DNA from: a virus
Reading direction: 5' to 3' (one strand)
Length of the DNA stretch: 64,000 nucleotides
IMG/VR virus record: IMGVR_UViG_3300027692_000001
In this document: in pieces, positions 13,949 to 23,487 of the stretch
Layout of the letters: each line of letters begins with the position of its first letter
Position numbering within the stretch: the first letter of the stretch is position 1
Translations under genes and position numbers: made by a program
The notes under the pieces: generated by a model
Seen by the model: only the letters and a program-made list of their open reading frames with translations
What the model was told of the DNA's origin: nothing
Database searches by the model: none

Positions 13949-15503
13949 CAAGGCGCTCGACAGGATGTGGGCCCTTCGTCTTGAGGACGGACGGTGCTGG
14001 GGCGAGGCTGCTGCCCCGTTCCAAGTCGAGGACGCCGAGGCGATCTTCTCGGACCAACGACCGAACTGGCACTTCCTCACGAGACCCCGTGGTGGCTCCA
14101 AGTCGACGGACATGGCGGCGATCGCCCTGTCCTGGTTGACCACCGACGCCCCCCCAATGTCCAACGGGCACGTCGTCGCTGCCTCGACCGATCAGGCCGC
14201 GATCGTCATCGACGCGGCTGCTGGGTTCGTAGCGCGCACCCCTGAGCTTGACGGCGCCGTCATCGTCGAGTCACAGAAGCTCCGCGCTCCCAACGGCGCG
14301 TGGGTAGAGGTCTTGGCCCAGTCCGACTCAGGGGCCTGGGGCCTCCGTGACGCCCACTTGTTAGTCGCTGACGAGTTCTGCCAGTGGCCCGAGACGCGGG
14401 GCGCTAAGCGAGTCTGGACGGCCCTCTACACAGCCGCTCCGAAGGTGCAGGGCTGCAAGCTGGTCATCCTGACCTCCGCGGGTGAGCCGTCGCACTGGTC
14501 CCACGAGATCTACGAGAAGTGCAAGGGCGACCCCCTCTGGCGCGTCTCCGAGGCTCCCGGCCCCGTCCCTTGGCTGGCCCCCGAGGAACTCGCCTCGCTC
14601 AAGTGGCAGCTCCGTCCCTCCGAGTACGAACGTCTAGTTCTCAACCTGTGGTCGGAGGACGAAGACAGGGCAGTCTCCGAAGAGGACTGGGACTTCGCCG
14701 CGCAGGAGTACAAGAGCCTCCTGCCTCGGCACGGCACGAACTACATAATGACCGTCGACCTCGGCATCCTGAACGACGCCACGGTTATGGTTGTGGCCCA
14801 CAAAGAACCCATTGACCCTCTTCACAGGCTCGGGCCGCAAAGGGTCGTGATCGACCACCTCGAGCGCTGGAAGGGCTCCAAGAAGGCCCCGATCCGAGTC
14901 TCTGCTGTAGAGGATTGGCTCGTGGAGCACTCGCCCGATTGGTTCCGCTGCCCTGTCTACGCCGACCCCTCTCAGTTCCGAGGCTCCATCCAGAACCTCA
15001 ACCTCCGCGGGGTGCGCGCCAAGGAGTGGAACTTCACCGCCACCTCTGTCGGCGAGGTCGCGACTGCTTTGGTCCAGACGTTCCGCAACCGCCAGATCTA
15101 CGTCCCGAACGACCCGCAACTGAAGGACGAGCTCCTGAAAGTCAGGCTGCGGGAAAGCTCCCCCGGTGTCACCCGCTTGGACCACGACCGCGGCGCGCAC
15201 GACGACCAAGCTGTAGCTATAGGGATGGCCTGCCGCATCCTCTTAGGTGACGGGACTGGGCTCGGACATAGCTGGCTGGACTACATGAAGACCAAACAGG
15301 CCGCCCAGGAGGCCAACCCGCAACCGCCCGCCCAGCGCCCATTGCCCTCTTTGATCGGCCAGGGGGCCTCGGTTATCCCAGCTCGCGCTTGCAAGCACCG
15401 TTACTGGCCTGATGGCCGCTGCGTCAACTGTGGGACCACTCACGAAGAGGTCATTGCCATGGAACACGAGAGGACCCTCAAACTGGCAGCGGCGGGACGG
15501 TAG
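13941..15503 (+). CDS. terminase large subunit
   Basis: 520 aa. P-loop-like RPRGGSKS, Walker B LLVADEF, C-terminal RNaseH-like nuclease segment (MTVDLG...HDD). Sits before the portal gene. Confidence 0.8.
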   Translation: MSSKALDRMWALRLEDGRCWGEAAAPFQVEDAEAIFSDQRPNWHFLTRPRGGSKSTDMAAIALSWLTTDAPPMSNGHVVAASTDQAAIVIDAAAGFVARTPELDGAVIVESQKLRAPNGAWVEVLAQSDSGAWGLRDAHLLVADEFCQWPETRGAKRVWTALYTAAPKVQGCKLVILTSAGEPSHWSHEIYEKCKGDPLWRVSEAPGPVPWLAPEELASLKWQLRPSEYERLVLNLWSEDEDRAVSEEDWDFAAQEYKSLLPRHGTNYIMTVDLGILNDATVMVVAHKEPIDPLHRLGPQRVVIDHLERWKGSKKAPIRVSAVEDWLVEHSPDWFRCPVYADPSQFRGSIQNLNLRGVRAKEWNFTATSVGEVATALVQTFRNRQIYVPNDPQLKDELLKVRLRESSPGVTRLDHDRGAHDDQAVAIGMACRILLGDGTGLGHSWLDYMKTKQAAQEANPQPPAQRPLPSLIGQGASVIPARACKHRYWPDGRCVNCGTTHEEVIAMEHERTLKLAAAGR

Positions 15504-17746
15504 TGGCGCTCAGTTTGCGCCGTCGGCGCGCGCTCAAGCCCGAGCCCATGGCCGACGACCTCGTTGTCCGTAAGGCCACTGAGGCGGTCGCTAAGGCCTT
15601 CCTGACCGGTAACGCGGCCAAGATGCCAGGGACCTCGTGGAGCAATCAAGGCACGATCAACAACGCCCTGTTGGCTCGGGTCACGCAGAACCTCGCATCC
15701 TCTTTCGGCCGCGCGCCCGAAGAGCTAGAGGCATCTCTAGCCGAGCACGGCCTGTCCTGGGGTCCCCCCTTCCCTCCTGGCAGGCCGCTCGACCCCTTCT
15801 GGGGCTACCGCCGTCCTCCGCGGACTTGGGACTACTCCGTCGGGGAGAACGTCCAGCTCACCCCGCGCTGGAACCGCATCTCCTTCGGCACGCTCAAGGC
15901 GATCATCGACTCGTACTATGCGGCGCAGATCGCGGTACGCCACCTCATCAACGACGTTCGCTCGCTGGACTACCAGTTCATCCCGCCGCAGAACGTCCTT
16001 GAGGACGCCACCGAGGACATCGCCAAGGCCGAGGAGTTCATGGCCTCCCCGGACAAGCGCCAGCCCTTCAGGACTTGGCTCGCGGAATGGCTACAGGATG
16101 TCCTCCGTTACGACGCCGGCTCGCTCTATATCCGCCGCAACGAGGCTGGGGACCCGATAGCCCTTGAAGTGATCTCGGGCGCGACCCTGATCCCCTTGGT
16201 GGACTTCTTCGGTCGGCCCCCCGCCGACGAGGACGACACCAACGCGACTCCCGAGGGTATCTGGGAAGGCGATACGGTCCCCGCCTTCGTGCAGATCATC
16301 GAAGGCCTGCCTTGGGTCTGGCTCACCGCCGACGACATCATCTACCAGCGGTTGAACCCTCTCCCCGAGAGCCAGTACGGCCTCGCCCCGATGGAAGCCG
16401 TGCTGATCCAGGCCAACACGGACATCCGCTTCCAGTGGCACTTCCTCCAGTACTTCACCGAAGGCACGATCCCCGCGGGCTTCATGGAGGCCCCGCCCGA
16501 CCTGTCCGACCCGATCCAGGTACAGGAGTGGCAGGAGACTTGGGACGCGGTGATGCTGGGCGACCAGTCCAAGCTCAACCAGATCCGCTGGGTCCCCGGT
16601 GGGGCGAAGTTCACCGAGATCAAGCCGACCGTCTTTGACAAGGAGTTCCCGCTCTACCTCATGCGCTGCACTGCGGCGGCCTTCGGAGTCACCGCCAACG
16701 ACTTGGGCTTCACCGAAGATGTCAACCGCGCCACTGGTGAGGTGCAGGTCGACGTGCAGTTCCGAGTCGGCACGCTCCCCGTGGTCCGCTTCGTCGAGGA
16801 CGTCATCAACCAGTTCCTCTTGGAGAACCTCAAGCTCCGGGCGCGCATCCAGTTCGACACTGGGCAAGGCACGCAGCACCGCCTCGAGGTGGCCCAGGCG
16901 AACGACCTCTACATCAAGAACGGGACCCTCTCCAACGACGAGGTGCGTATGACCCTCGGCAAGCGGATCAGCCGTGAAATCCCCTCCCCGCGCTTCGTAG
17001 ACAACACCCGCGGCGGCCCCATCCCCCTCTTGGCGATCCACTCCCTCGCTGGCAAGGTCGACCCCACAACTTATGGTCCTGCCCAAGAGCAGCAGTTCAT
17101 CGACCACCCATTCCTGTCTGCGCCTGGCACTTTGCCGGTCGTCGGCAGTCAGGACTACAAGGACGCGCAGAACTCGACGGCGCAGATGCAGACGAACATG
17201 GCGATCGAGAACGCCGACCCGCGCTCTGCCCAGCAGTTCCGCCCAGCGATGCAACCCCCGCCGATCACCAAGCCCGCGACAGGCGACGGCCCGACCCAGC
17301 CGAAGAACGCCCAGAAGGACGCCCTCGGCGAGGCCTACGAACTGATCGACGCCCTCTTGGACCGCATGGGCGTCTCCAAGGACGGGACCTCGATCGACAA
17401 CACCGGGGGACCGGGTGTCACGCGTGGGTTCTCCAACCCCACGACGGTCACTGGTGGCCTCATGGTGGACACCGGCATCCAAGGGGTCGACCTCCAAGGG
17501 CCGAAGCTCAAGAAGGACCCCGAGGACGACGACGAGGAAGTCGAGAAGTCCCTCGTGCTGCGCAAGTGGCGCGAGAACTCCCTGAACCGCGTCAAGAAGG
17601 GCCTCCCGCCCCGGCCCTTCCCTGACATGCCTTTTGAGTGGGCCAACCCCGTTTGGGAGCGCCTACAGAGCGCTAAGACGCGAGAGGAAGTGATCGCGGC
17701 CTTCTCGCACAGTGCGGGAAAAGTAGCGGCCCCGACGGGGGCCTGA
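15503..17746 (+). CDS. portal protein
   Basis: 747 aa, directly after terL. Portal-like core followed by a long low-complexity C-terminal extension. Confidence 0.8.
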   Translation: MALSLRRRRALKPEPMADDLVVRKATEAVAKAFLTGNAAKMPGTSWSNQGTINNALLARVTQNLASSFGRAPEELEASLAEHGLSWGPPFPPGRPLDPFWGYRRPPRTWDYSVGENVQLTPRWNRISFGTLKAIIDSYYAAQIAVRHLINDVRSLDYQFIPPQNVLEDATEDIAKAEEFMASPDKRQPFRTWLAEWLQDVLRYDAGSLYIRRNEAGDPIALEVISGATLIPLVDFFGRPPADEDDTNATPEGIWEGDTVPAFVQIIEGLPWVWLTADDIIYQRLNPLPESQYGLAPMEAVLIQANTDIRFQWHFLQYFTEGTIPAGFMEAPPDLSDPIQVQEWQETWDAVMLGDQSKLNQIRWVPGGAKFTEIKPTVFDKEFPLYLMRCTAAAFGVTANDLGFTEDVNRATGEVQVDVQFRVGTLPVVRFVEDVINQFLLENLKLRARIQFDTGQGTQHRLEVAQANDLYIKNGTLSNDEVRMTLGKRISREIPSPRFVDNTRGGPIPLLAIHSLAGKVDPTTYGPAQEQQFIDHPFLSAPGTLPVVGSQDYKDAQNSTAQMQTNMAIENADPRSAQQFRPAMQPPPITKPATGDGPTQPKNAQKDALGEAYELIDALLDRMGVSKDGTSIDNTGGPGVTRGFSNPTTVTGGLMVDTGIQGVDLQGPKLKKDPEDDDEEVEKSLVLRKWRENSLNRVKKGLPPRPFPDMPFEWANPVWERLQSAKTREEVIAAFSHSAGKVAAPTGA

Positions 17747-17769
17747 ACCGAGAGGCCGCAGGCATCCTC

Positions 17770-19530
17770 GTGCAAGCCGAGGACACTGGCCGTGTACTGT
17801 TGGTCCAGCGGTTGCCCGACAAGCACGACGAGGACGAAGCGTATGCCAGGTGGGAGTTCCCAGGAGGCCGGCTTGACGACTCCGACGCTTCCGTCTGGGC
17901 TGGCGCTGTCCGAGAGTTTGAGGAAGAAACTGGATGCCCTCTCCCTGCCAGCGTGGAGCCTTCCGGTGGATGGACCAGTGACGATGGAGTCTACGAGGGC
18001 TTTGTTCTTCAAGTGGCCCGAGAGTCAATGCTTGTACCGCACCCTCAACCCGACGAAATCTCCCGCGTCCAGTGGTGGGACCCCGCCGACCTAGACGACC
18101 CCCGCATCCGCGAGAAGGTTACTGAGCAGCTGGGCGACATCAAGCCCCTCCTGAAGTCGTTCCACCGCCACACCGACGCGATCCTGGCCCACTACACCCC
18201 CCTGATCCAAGACTCGATGGCCCAGATCATCGAAGGCGACACCGTCCGTCATGCGATCCGCGCCGCGTACACCTCGGTCCACAAGGCCACAGCGGGCACG
18301 CACAGCAAGCGATCGGGGATGGTGTCTCTTGATGTGCCCGCTGGCCTTATCCCCGTCATGGCGGGGGGAGTGCCAGATCAGCACATAACGGTCGTGTTCC
18401 TCGGGAGCGACGTGGGGGACGCCACGTTCGCCGCCGTGTGCGCCCTAGCGGAGACGGTCGCTGCGTCGGTCTCTGGTCCGGTGAGCGGCACTATCGGTGG
18501 TCTCGGGACCTTCCCTCCCTCGGAGAGCAGTGATTGGCTGGTGCCTGTCTGGGCTAAGCCTGAGATCGTTGGTATCGCCCAGTTGCGGGCCCCGTTTGAG
18601 CCGTGGAACGCCAGCCAGCACAAGGACTTCCACCCGCACATGACATTGGCGTACCTTGACCCTGACGAACCGCTCCCCGCTCCCGTGCCGCCTACTCCCG
18701 TGACGTTCACTCATCTTTCGGTTCACAGGGGCGACGAGGTAGTTCGGTTCCCGTTCGGCGGCGCTGTTAAGGCGATGACCCCGACCGCGCCGGGCTCGCA
18801 GAACACCCCGAAGTACCAGCGCCAGTTGCAAGCCCTGATCAGTTCTCCCCAAACCGTCATAGGCGCAGCAGGGGTAGGTGCCGGCGCTGCCCTGGCGGGA
18901 CCGGCCTTAGCAACCGCTGGCGGGGTGGGTAGCGCCGTCCTCGCCCTCTTGAACGCACAGTTAAAGCTAGGGGCGCTCACGGCCGTTCTGACGGCTCTGT
19001 ACGGCGATGCACTCCTTCAAGGCGCTTACGAGGCCTCACAGGCCTCTGGGAAGCCCCTACCGCCATTGGGGCTTCCCGAGGGCTACTGGGACCAGTGGGT
19101 GCCGGGGCACAACGACCTCGCCGCCCAGCTCCCCGGTGGCACGCTCCAAGAACTGCTCGCGGCCCAAGGCGTCACGATCCGAGGGATCTCTGAGACGCAG
19201 TTGAACCGTATCGCCGACGCCATTGCCGAGGCAGTGCGCGATGGAGTCCCAATGAAAACCACGGTCGTAAAGATCGAAGCCATCATTGGAGACGCCGCTC
19301 GAGCCCAACTGATTGCGTCCACCGAGTACGCGAGGGCTGTGACGGCGGCTAGGCGGGCGTTCTACCGTGCCAACCACATAGGCATGGTGGCCTGGATCGC
19401 CCACCCGGACGCGTGTGAACTGTGCAAAGAAAACGAGGCCGTGTCGCCTAGGGCACTTAGGGACTCGTGGCCGAACGGAGAGCCACCGGTCCACCCTGCT
19501 TGCCGGTGTGTTCTGGCGCCTGCTCCGTAG
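17770..19530 (+). CDS. Nudix hydrolase / 2H phosphoesterase (LigT-like) / MuF-like head morphogenesis fusion protein
   Basis: Nudix box ...GGRLDDSDASVWAGAVREFEEETG. Two HxTx motifs (HITV, HMTL) about 95 aa apart. The C-terminus ...AWIAHPDACELC...PPVHPACRCVLAP is typical of SPP1 gp7/MuF minor capsid proteins. Confidence 0.8.
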   Translation: MQAEDTGRVLLVQRLPDKHDEDEAYARWEFPGGRLDDSDASVWAGAVREFEEETGCPLPASVEPSGGWTSDDGVYEGFVLQVARESMLVPHPQPDEISRVQWWDPADLDDPRIREKVTEQLGDIKPLLKSFHRHTDAILAHYTPLIQDSMAQIIEGDTVRHAIRAAYTSVHKATAGTHSKRSGMVSLDVPAGLIPVMAGGVPDQHITVVFLGSDVGDATFAAVCALAETVAASVSGPVSGTIGGLGTFPPSESSDWLVPVWAKPEIVGIAQLRAPFEPWNASQHKDFHPHMTLAYLDPDEPLPAPVPPTPVTFTHLSVHRGDEVVRFPFGGAVKAMTPTAPGSQNTPKYQRQLQALISSPQTVIGAAGVGAGAALAGPALATAGGVGSAVLALLNAQLKLGALTAVLTALYGDALLQGAYEASQASGKPLPPLGLPEGYWDQWVPGHNDLAAQLPGGTLQELLAAQGVTIRGISETQLNRIADAIAEAVRDGVPMKTTVVKIEAIIGDAARAQLIASTEYARAVTAARRAFYRANHIGMVAWIAHPDACELCKENEAVSPRALRDSWPNGEPPVHPACRCVLAPAP

Positions 19531-19678
19531 CCTTCCTGAGCAACCTCAGGACGTACTCGGCGTCGTTGTAAGAGCCGAAGTGCCCGATGGTGGTCCAAGC
19601 GTCCTCAGGTTGCCACCGCATCAAGAGGTCGCGGCCGGTTCCGGCGACCGCTTCTAGGTCAAACTGGGGCTGGGTCAT
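19457..19678 (-). CDS. hypothetical protein
   Basis: 73-aa ORF abutting the upstream minus-strand gene. Its 3' end overlaps the MuF gene 3' end by 74 nt, so the true extent is uncertain. Confidence 0.4.
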   Translation of the reverse strand: MTQPQFDLEAVAGTGRDLLMRWQPEDAWTTIGHFGSYNDAEYVLRLLRKATEQAPEHTGKQGGPVALRSATSP

Positions 19679-20040
19679 CAGTCGTCGTCCCGAGGACCGC
19701 GCACGCGCTCGATGGTCACCCGGTACTCCCGGCCCTCTTGGACGTAGTTCATGGCCGCGGGGTTCTCGACGGTCAGGGTGAACTCGCCGGAAGGGCTCGC
19801 TTGGGCAAACTGTCGGTTCTCGTGCTCAGGGTCCGTCGAATAGACCGGGCTCATCTTCCAAACGGCCTGCGATGCCTTGGTCGTCTCCACCCGAGTATGG
19901 GTGGCTCCTTTGAGCCAGAAGGGAAGGTCCGCTGGATTGGCGATTGCCTGGGCCCCTTCCTCGTCAGGCTCGCAGGCGACGCGCATCCCATAGCTGCGCC
20001 TGGTCACTTCGTAGCATCTCATCTTGGCGACTACTGCCAT
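19678..20040 (-). CDS. hypothetical protein
   Basis: 120-aa ORF with an AGGAGG SD, opposite in strand to the late operon. Confidence 0.6.
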   Translation of the reverse strand: MAVVAKMRCYEVTRRSYGMRVACEPDEEGAQAIANPADLPFWLKGATHTRVETTKASQAVWKMSPVYSTDPEHENRQFAQASPSGEFTLTVENPAAMNYVQEGREYRVTIERVRGPRDDD

Positions 20041-20103
20041 TCCAACCTCCTAATGGTGGGTTTTGATACTTGCGGGCGGTAGTCTATACCTTAGGAGGTC
20101 CCA

Positions 20104-20460
20104 TTGCTGATCTGCCTCGATTTGGATGGGACGATCGGTGCGGCCCCTGAGTTTTACAAAGCGCTCATGGAGGGTCTACAGGCAGCTGGCTGCGAGGTCC
20201 ACATCCTCACCGGCTCCCCCGGTGTCGCCTCCCAAGAAGAACTCGACGCCAAGAAGGCCCAGCTGGACGCTCTTGGGGTTGGGGACTGCTACGACAAACT
20301 CGTGGTCGTCTCGGGCCCTGAGAAGGACGTGGCAACTGGGAAGGTCGCCTACATGGGCCACGTCGGGGCCACGGCCTTGGTGGACAACGAGAAGCGAAAT
20401 GTGAAGGCGGCGCGCAAGGGCGGCTTTCTGGCCTTACGACACCTAGAGCCGAAGCACTAA
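20104..20460 (+). CDS. HAD-superfamily phosphatase / nucleotidase-like protein
   Basis: TTG start after TAGGAGG. The N-terminal motif I is LICLDLDGTIG (DxDxT). Confidence 0.6.
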   Translation: MLICLDLDGTIGAAPEFYKALMEGLQAAGCEVHILTGSPGVASQEELDAKKAQLDALGVGDCYDKLVVVSGPEKDVATGKVAYMGHVGATALVDNEKRNVKAARKGGFLALRHLEPKH

Positions 20461-20492
20461 GGTCGTGTCAAGCTAGCTTACACGGAGGCCCC

Positions 20493-21146
20493 ATGCCCGA
20501 CATCGCCCTAGTGGTCATCACCGACGGTCGGCGGGAGTTCCTCCGTGAGACGATCGCCAGCCTCCGAGAAAACGCGGGGCCCTTTGAGGAAGGGTTCATC
20601 GTGGACGACTCGGGTGATGAGGAGTACGGCGAGTGGCTTGACAACGAGTACTTCCCTCGATTCAGGGTCCTGCATCACACGGAGCGCCGAGGTTGCAGTG
20701 CGGCGGTTCGCACTGGCTGGGAGCACGCCTCAGAGCATGAGTACATCTGGCACGCCGAGGACGACTTCATTTACAGACGGGTCGTTCCCTTGGGCCGCAT
20801 GGTGGCGATTCTGGATGACCATCCCTACCTCGCCCAGCTAGCCCTCAAGCGCGGTCCCCACGGCCCCGTCGAACTCGCCGTAGGCGACCTCATGGCGGTC
20901 GAACTGGACCGCTGGGAGGACCACGAGGGCTTCTGCGACACCGACCTGATCTTCACCTTCAACCCCTGCCTGATCCCCAGAGATGTCATAGCGGTAGCCC
21001 TGGCCGATCCGTCGCCCCGGACTGAGCCCAACGTCACGACCTCCCTCTTGGCGAAGGGCTACCGCTTTGGCTACCTCGGCCAAACGACCGATCCTCCGCG
21101 CGTCCACCACATCGGGGAGCGGCGTATGGAAGGCTGGCTGCCGTGA
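20493..21146 (+). CDS. glycosyltransferase (GT-A-like)
   Basis: The N-terminus IALVVITDGRREFLRETIASL and DDSGD acidic motif fit a GT2-like nucleotide-sugar transferase. Confidence 0.6.
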   Translation: MPDIALVVITDGRREFLRETIASLRENAGPFEEGFIVDDSGDEEYGEWLDNEYFPRFRVLHHTERRGCSAAVRTGWEHASEHEYIWHAEDDFIYRRVVPLGRMVAILDDHPYLAQLALKRGPHGPVELAVGDLMAVELDRWEDHEGFCDTDLIFTFNPCLIPRDVIAVALADPSPRTEPNVTTSLLAKGYRFGYLGQTTDPPRVHHIGERRMEGWLP

Positions 21147-21307
21147 TCAACCTTATGGCCCCCTTCTTCAGCAAGAGCCGCGGCGAGTGGGGGCAGATTG
21201 ACTGGACCTCTAGCGGCATTGCCGGGATGAACCTTTTGCTCGATCTCAACGCTGGGGTTGATCCTGGCGTGGCTATCAAGCGTTTTGAGGAACGGCGACC
21301 AGCGTGA
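21143..21307 (+). CDS. possible small protein
   Basis: Not in the track. 54 aa with GTGA overlaps at both ends. Confidence 0.35.
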   Translation: MINLMAPFFSKSRGEWGQIDWTSSGIAGMNLLLDLNAGVDPGVAIKRFEERRPA

Positions 21308-22008
21308 TCGCCGGCATCTGCCACGTCAAGAACGAGATCGACATCGTAGAGCTCGTGATCCGCCACACCCTCGCGGAAGGGGTGGACCACCTGTGGGTGC
21401 AGGATCACATGAGCACCGATGGGACCTGGGACCTGCTTCAGGAATACGCGAAGGAATATCCCATCACCCTTTTGCGCGATGAGATTCCAGTGTTCTACCA
21501 ACCGGAGAGGATGAACGCACTCGCTCGGATGGCCTATGTGAGTGGCGCAGAGTGGGTGCTGCCCTTTGATGCTGACGAGTTCTTCTACGCCCCCAGCGGG
21601 CGCACAGTGGCCGCAGAACTGGCTCTGGAGGACCTCTCGACGTTGAAGTTGTTCTGCCGGTCGTGGAGGTACCTCGACTTCAGTCGACGGGACGTGACTC
21701 CTCAGCGCTCCAAGGTTGTGTTCCGGGCAGCACCCGGGGCGCGACTCGTCGCTGGTAACCATGACGTGACCCTCCCCGATGGGACTGAGCATGTCTTGGA
21801 GGTCGCCCACTACCAGTACCGCTCCCTAGAGCAGTTCATCCGCAAGGTCCGCGGGCTTGAGGCCTACCAGTCCTTGTTCCCCACCCAGGGCCGCCCTCCC
21901 TGGCTCGACCTCACCGACGAGGAACTAGCCGTCGAGTGGGACAAACTGTGCGCCGTTGAAACCGTCGTAGACCCCATACCCCTCCGAGTCCCCGAGGATG
22001 CCCGTTGA
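21304..22008 (+). CDS. glycosyltransferase family 2-like protein
   Basis: ICHVKNEIDIVELVIRHTLAEGVDHLWVQDHMSTDGT...LPFDADEFF (DxD-like). Confidence 0.6.
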   Translation: MIAGICHVKNEIDIVELVIRHTLAEGVDHLWVQDHMSTDGTWDLLQEYAKEYPITLLRDEIPVFYQPERMNALARMAYVSGAEWVLPFDADEFFYAPSGRTVAAELALEDLSTLKLFCRSWRYLDFSRRDVTPQRSKVVFRAAPGARLVAGNHDVTLPDGTEHVLEVAHYQYRSLEQFIRKVRGLEAYQSLFPTQGRPPWLDLTDEELAVEWDKLCAVETVVDPIPLRVPEDAR

Positions 22009-22676
22009 ACGCAGTCGTCTACACCGCCATCACGGCGAACTACGACTCCCTGAAGCCTCACCCCGAGGTCCCTGGCGTCGACTTCGTGGCCTTCATGGAC
22101 GAGCCTGTAAGCGGCACCAACTGGGACGTGCGACAGATCGGGGAGTTCCCCGACGAGCACCCGCGCCTCACGGCGAAGGCGTACAAGCTGCTCCCCCACA
22201 TCTACCTCCCCGAGTACGAGTACAACGTCTGGCTGGACGCGGACTTCCAGATCACCTCCCCCACGTTCCCTGAGGAGGCCCTAGCTTGCGTTCAGGGGGC
22301 CGGTATCGCGATGTGGCCCCATACCCGCCACGACGACATCCGGGGCGAGCATGACGAGTCCGCGTGGCAGGCGAAGTACGTGGGCACGCAGATCTCCGAG
22401 CAGGTCGCCCACTACATTGCCGAGGGCATCCCTAAGCCCTCTGGGGTTTGGTGTACCGGCGTCCAGGCCCGCAAGACCCACGACCCCCAAGTTGTGAGGC
22501 TGCTCGAGATATGGATGTCGGAGAACCACCGCTGGAGCTATCAGGACCAGATCAGCTTCCCCTACGCGGTGTGGAAGACCGGAGTGGTCCCCGACCCTCT
22601 GCCTCCGCAGTGGACGGCGACCGACTGCCCGTGGTTTGACCTCCTGCCTCACAACCCGCACGCCCTAGTGCCGTGA
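22005..22676 (+). CDS. DUF616/TOD1-like glycosyltransferase
   Basis: VVYTAITANYDSLKP...WLDADFQI matches the DUF616 pattern from memory. Confidence 0.6.
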   Translation: MNAVVYTAITANYDSLKPHPEVPGVDFVAFMDEPVSGTNWDVRQIGEFPDEHPRLTAKAYKLLPHIYLPEYEYNVWLDADFQITSPTFPEEALACVQGAGIAMWPHTRHDDIRGEHDESAWQAKYVGTQISEQVAHYIAEGIPKPSGVWCTGVQARKTHDPQVVRLLEIWMSENHRWSYQDQISFPYAVWKTGVVPDPLPPQWTATDCPWFDLLPHNPHALVP

Positions 22677-23485
22677 TCGTCTTAGTCACAGGCGGCGGAG
22701 GGTTCATAGGGGCCTATGTGGAGGCAGCGCTCAAAGCCGAGGGCCATGAGCCAATCATCTTTGACCGGCCCAGCGATGTGCGCGAGACGCTTGACTTGGC
22801 TGCTGTGGGACCGGTTGACGCGGTGATCCACCTTGCAGGGAGGCTCGGGACCGCGGAACTGTTCGGCGGCTTCGACGAGGCTGTAGACGTGAACGTGAAG
22901 GGCACCCAGCGCGTCCTTGAGTACTGCCGCCAGGTGGGGGCCTCCTACGTCGGGATCACGATGCCAGAAGTTTGGGCGAACGTGTATCAGGCGACCAAGC
23001 GCTGCGCTCGTATTCTTGCAACGGCTTGGCACGAGTCCTACGGAGTGCCCGTAAGTCATGTCTGTGCCTTCAACGCCTTCGGGATCGGACAGAAGTACGG
23101 CCCCGGACATCCTCAGAAGATCATCCCCACCTTCGCCTCAAGAGCTTGGGCTGGGGAGCCGATAACGATCTGGGGGGATGGCACGCAAACGGTGGACCTC
23201 ATCTCGGCGACCGAGGTCGCCAAGGTCCTGGTGGCCGCTCTCGACTACGGAGGGGATCAGGTCTTCGACGCCGGCACTGGTGGAGAGTGGACCGTCAACG
23301 AGGTCGCCAAGTACGTCTTGGAAGTGACCGGCTCACCCTCCGAGATCGTCCACTACCCGATGCGTGAGGGGGAGCGCCCCCACACTCGTCTCAAGGCCTC
23401 GGGGGGAGGCTGGGACCTGCTCGGCTGGCACCCTGTCTTTGACCTCACCGAACTGGATGACACGATCCTGAGCTACCGGAGATAA
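22673..23485 (+). CDS. NAD-dependent epimerase/dehydratase (SDR)
   Basis: Rossmann motif VLVTGGGGFIGAYV and a YxxxK-type YQATK. Confidence 0.8.
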   Translation: MIVLVTGGGGFIGAYVEAALKAEGHEPIIFDRPSDVRETLDLAAVGPVDAVIHLAGRLGTAELFGGFDEAVDVNVKGTQRVLEYCRQVGASYVGITMPEVWANVYQATKRCARILATAWHESYGVPVSHVCAFNAFGIGQKYGPGHPQKIIPTFASRAWAGEPITIWGDGTQTVDLISATEVAKVLVAALDYGGDQVFDAGTGGEWTVNEVAKYVLEVTGSPSEIVHYPMREGERPHTRLKASGGGWDLLGWHPVFDLTELDDTILSYRR

Positions 23486-23487
23486 GC

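Noticed and set aside
16091-17497. Long antisense ORFs (for example 16091-17497 minus, 41147-42436 minus, 13340-14164 minus, 21034-21810 minus, 53454-54320 plus, 8905-9651 minus)
   Set aside because: These are shadow ORFs typical of high-GC DNA. They lie opposite genes with clear domain signatures (portal, tape measure, terminase, glycosyltransferase, integrase). Their products are Arg/Gly/Pro-rich low-complexity sequences, and they lack SD or coupled starts.
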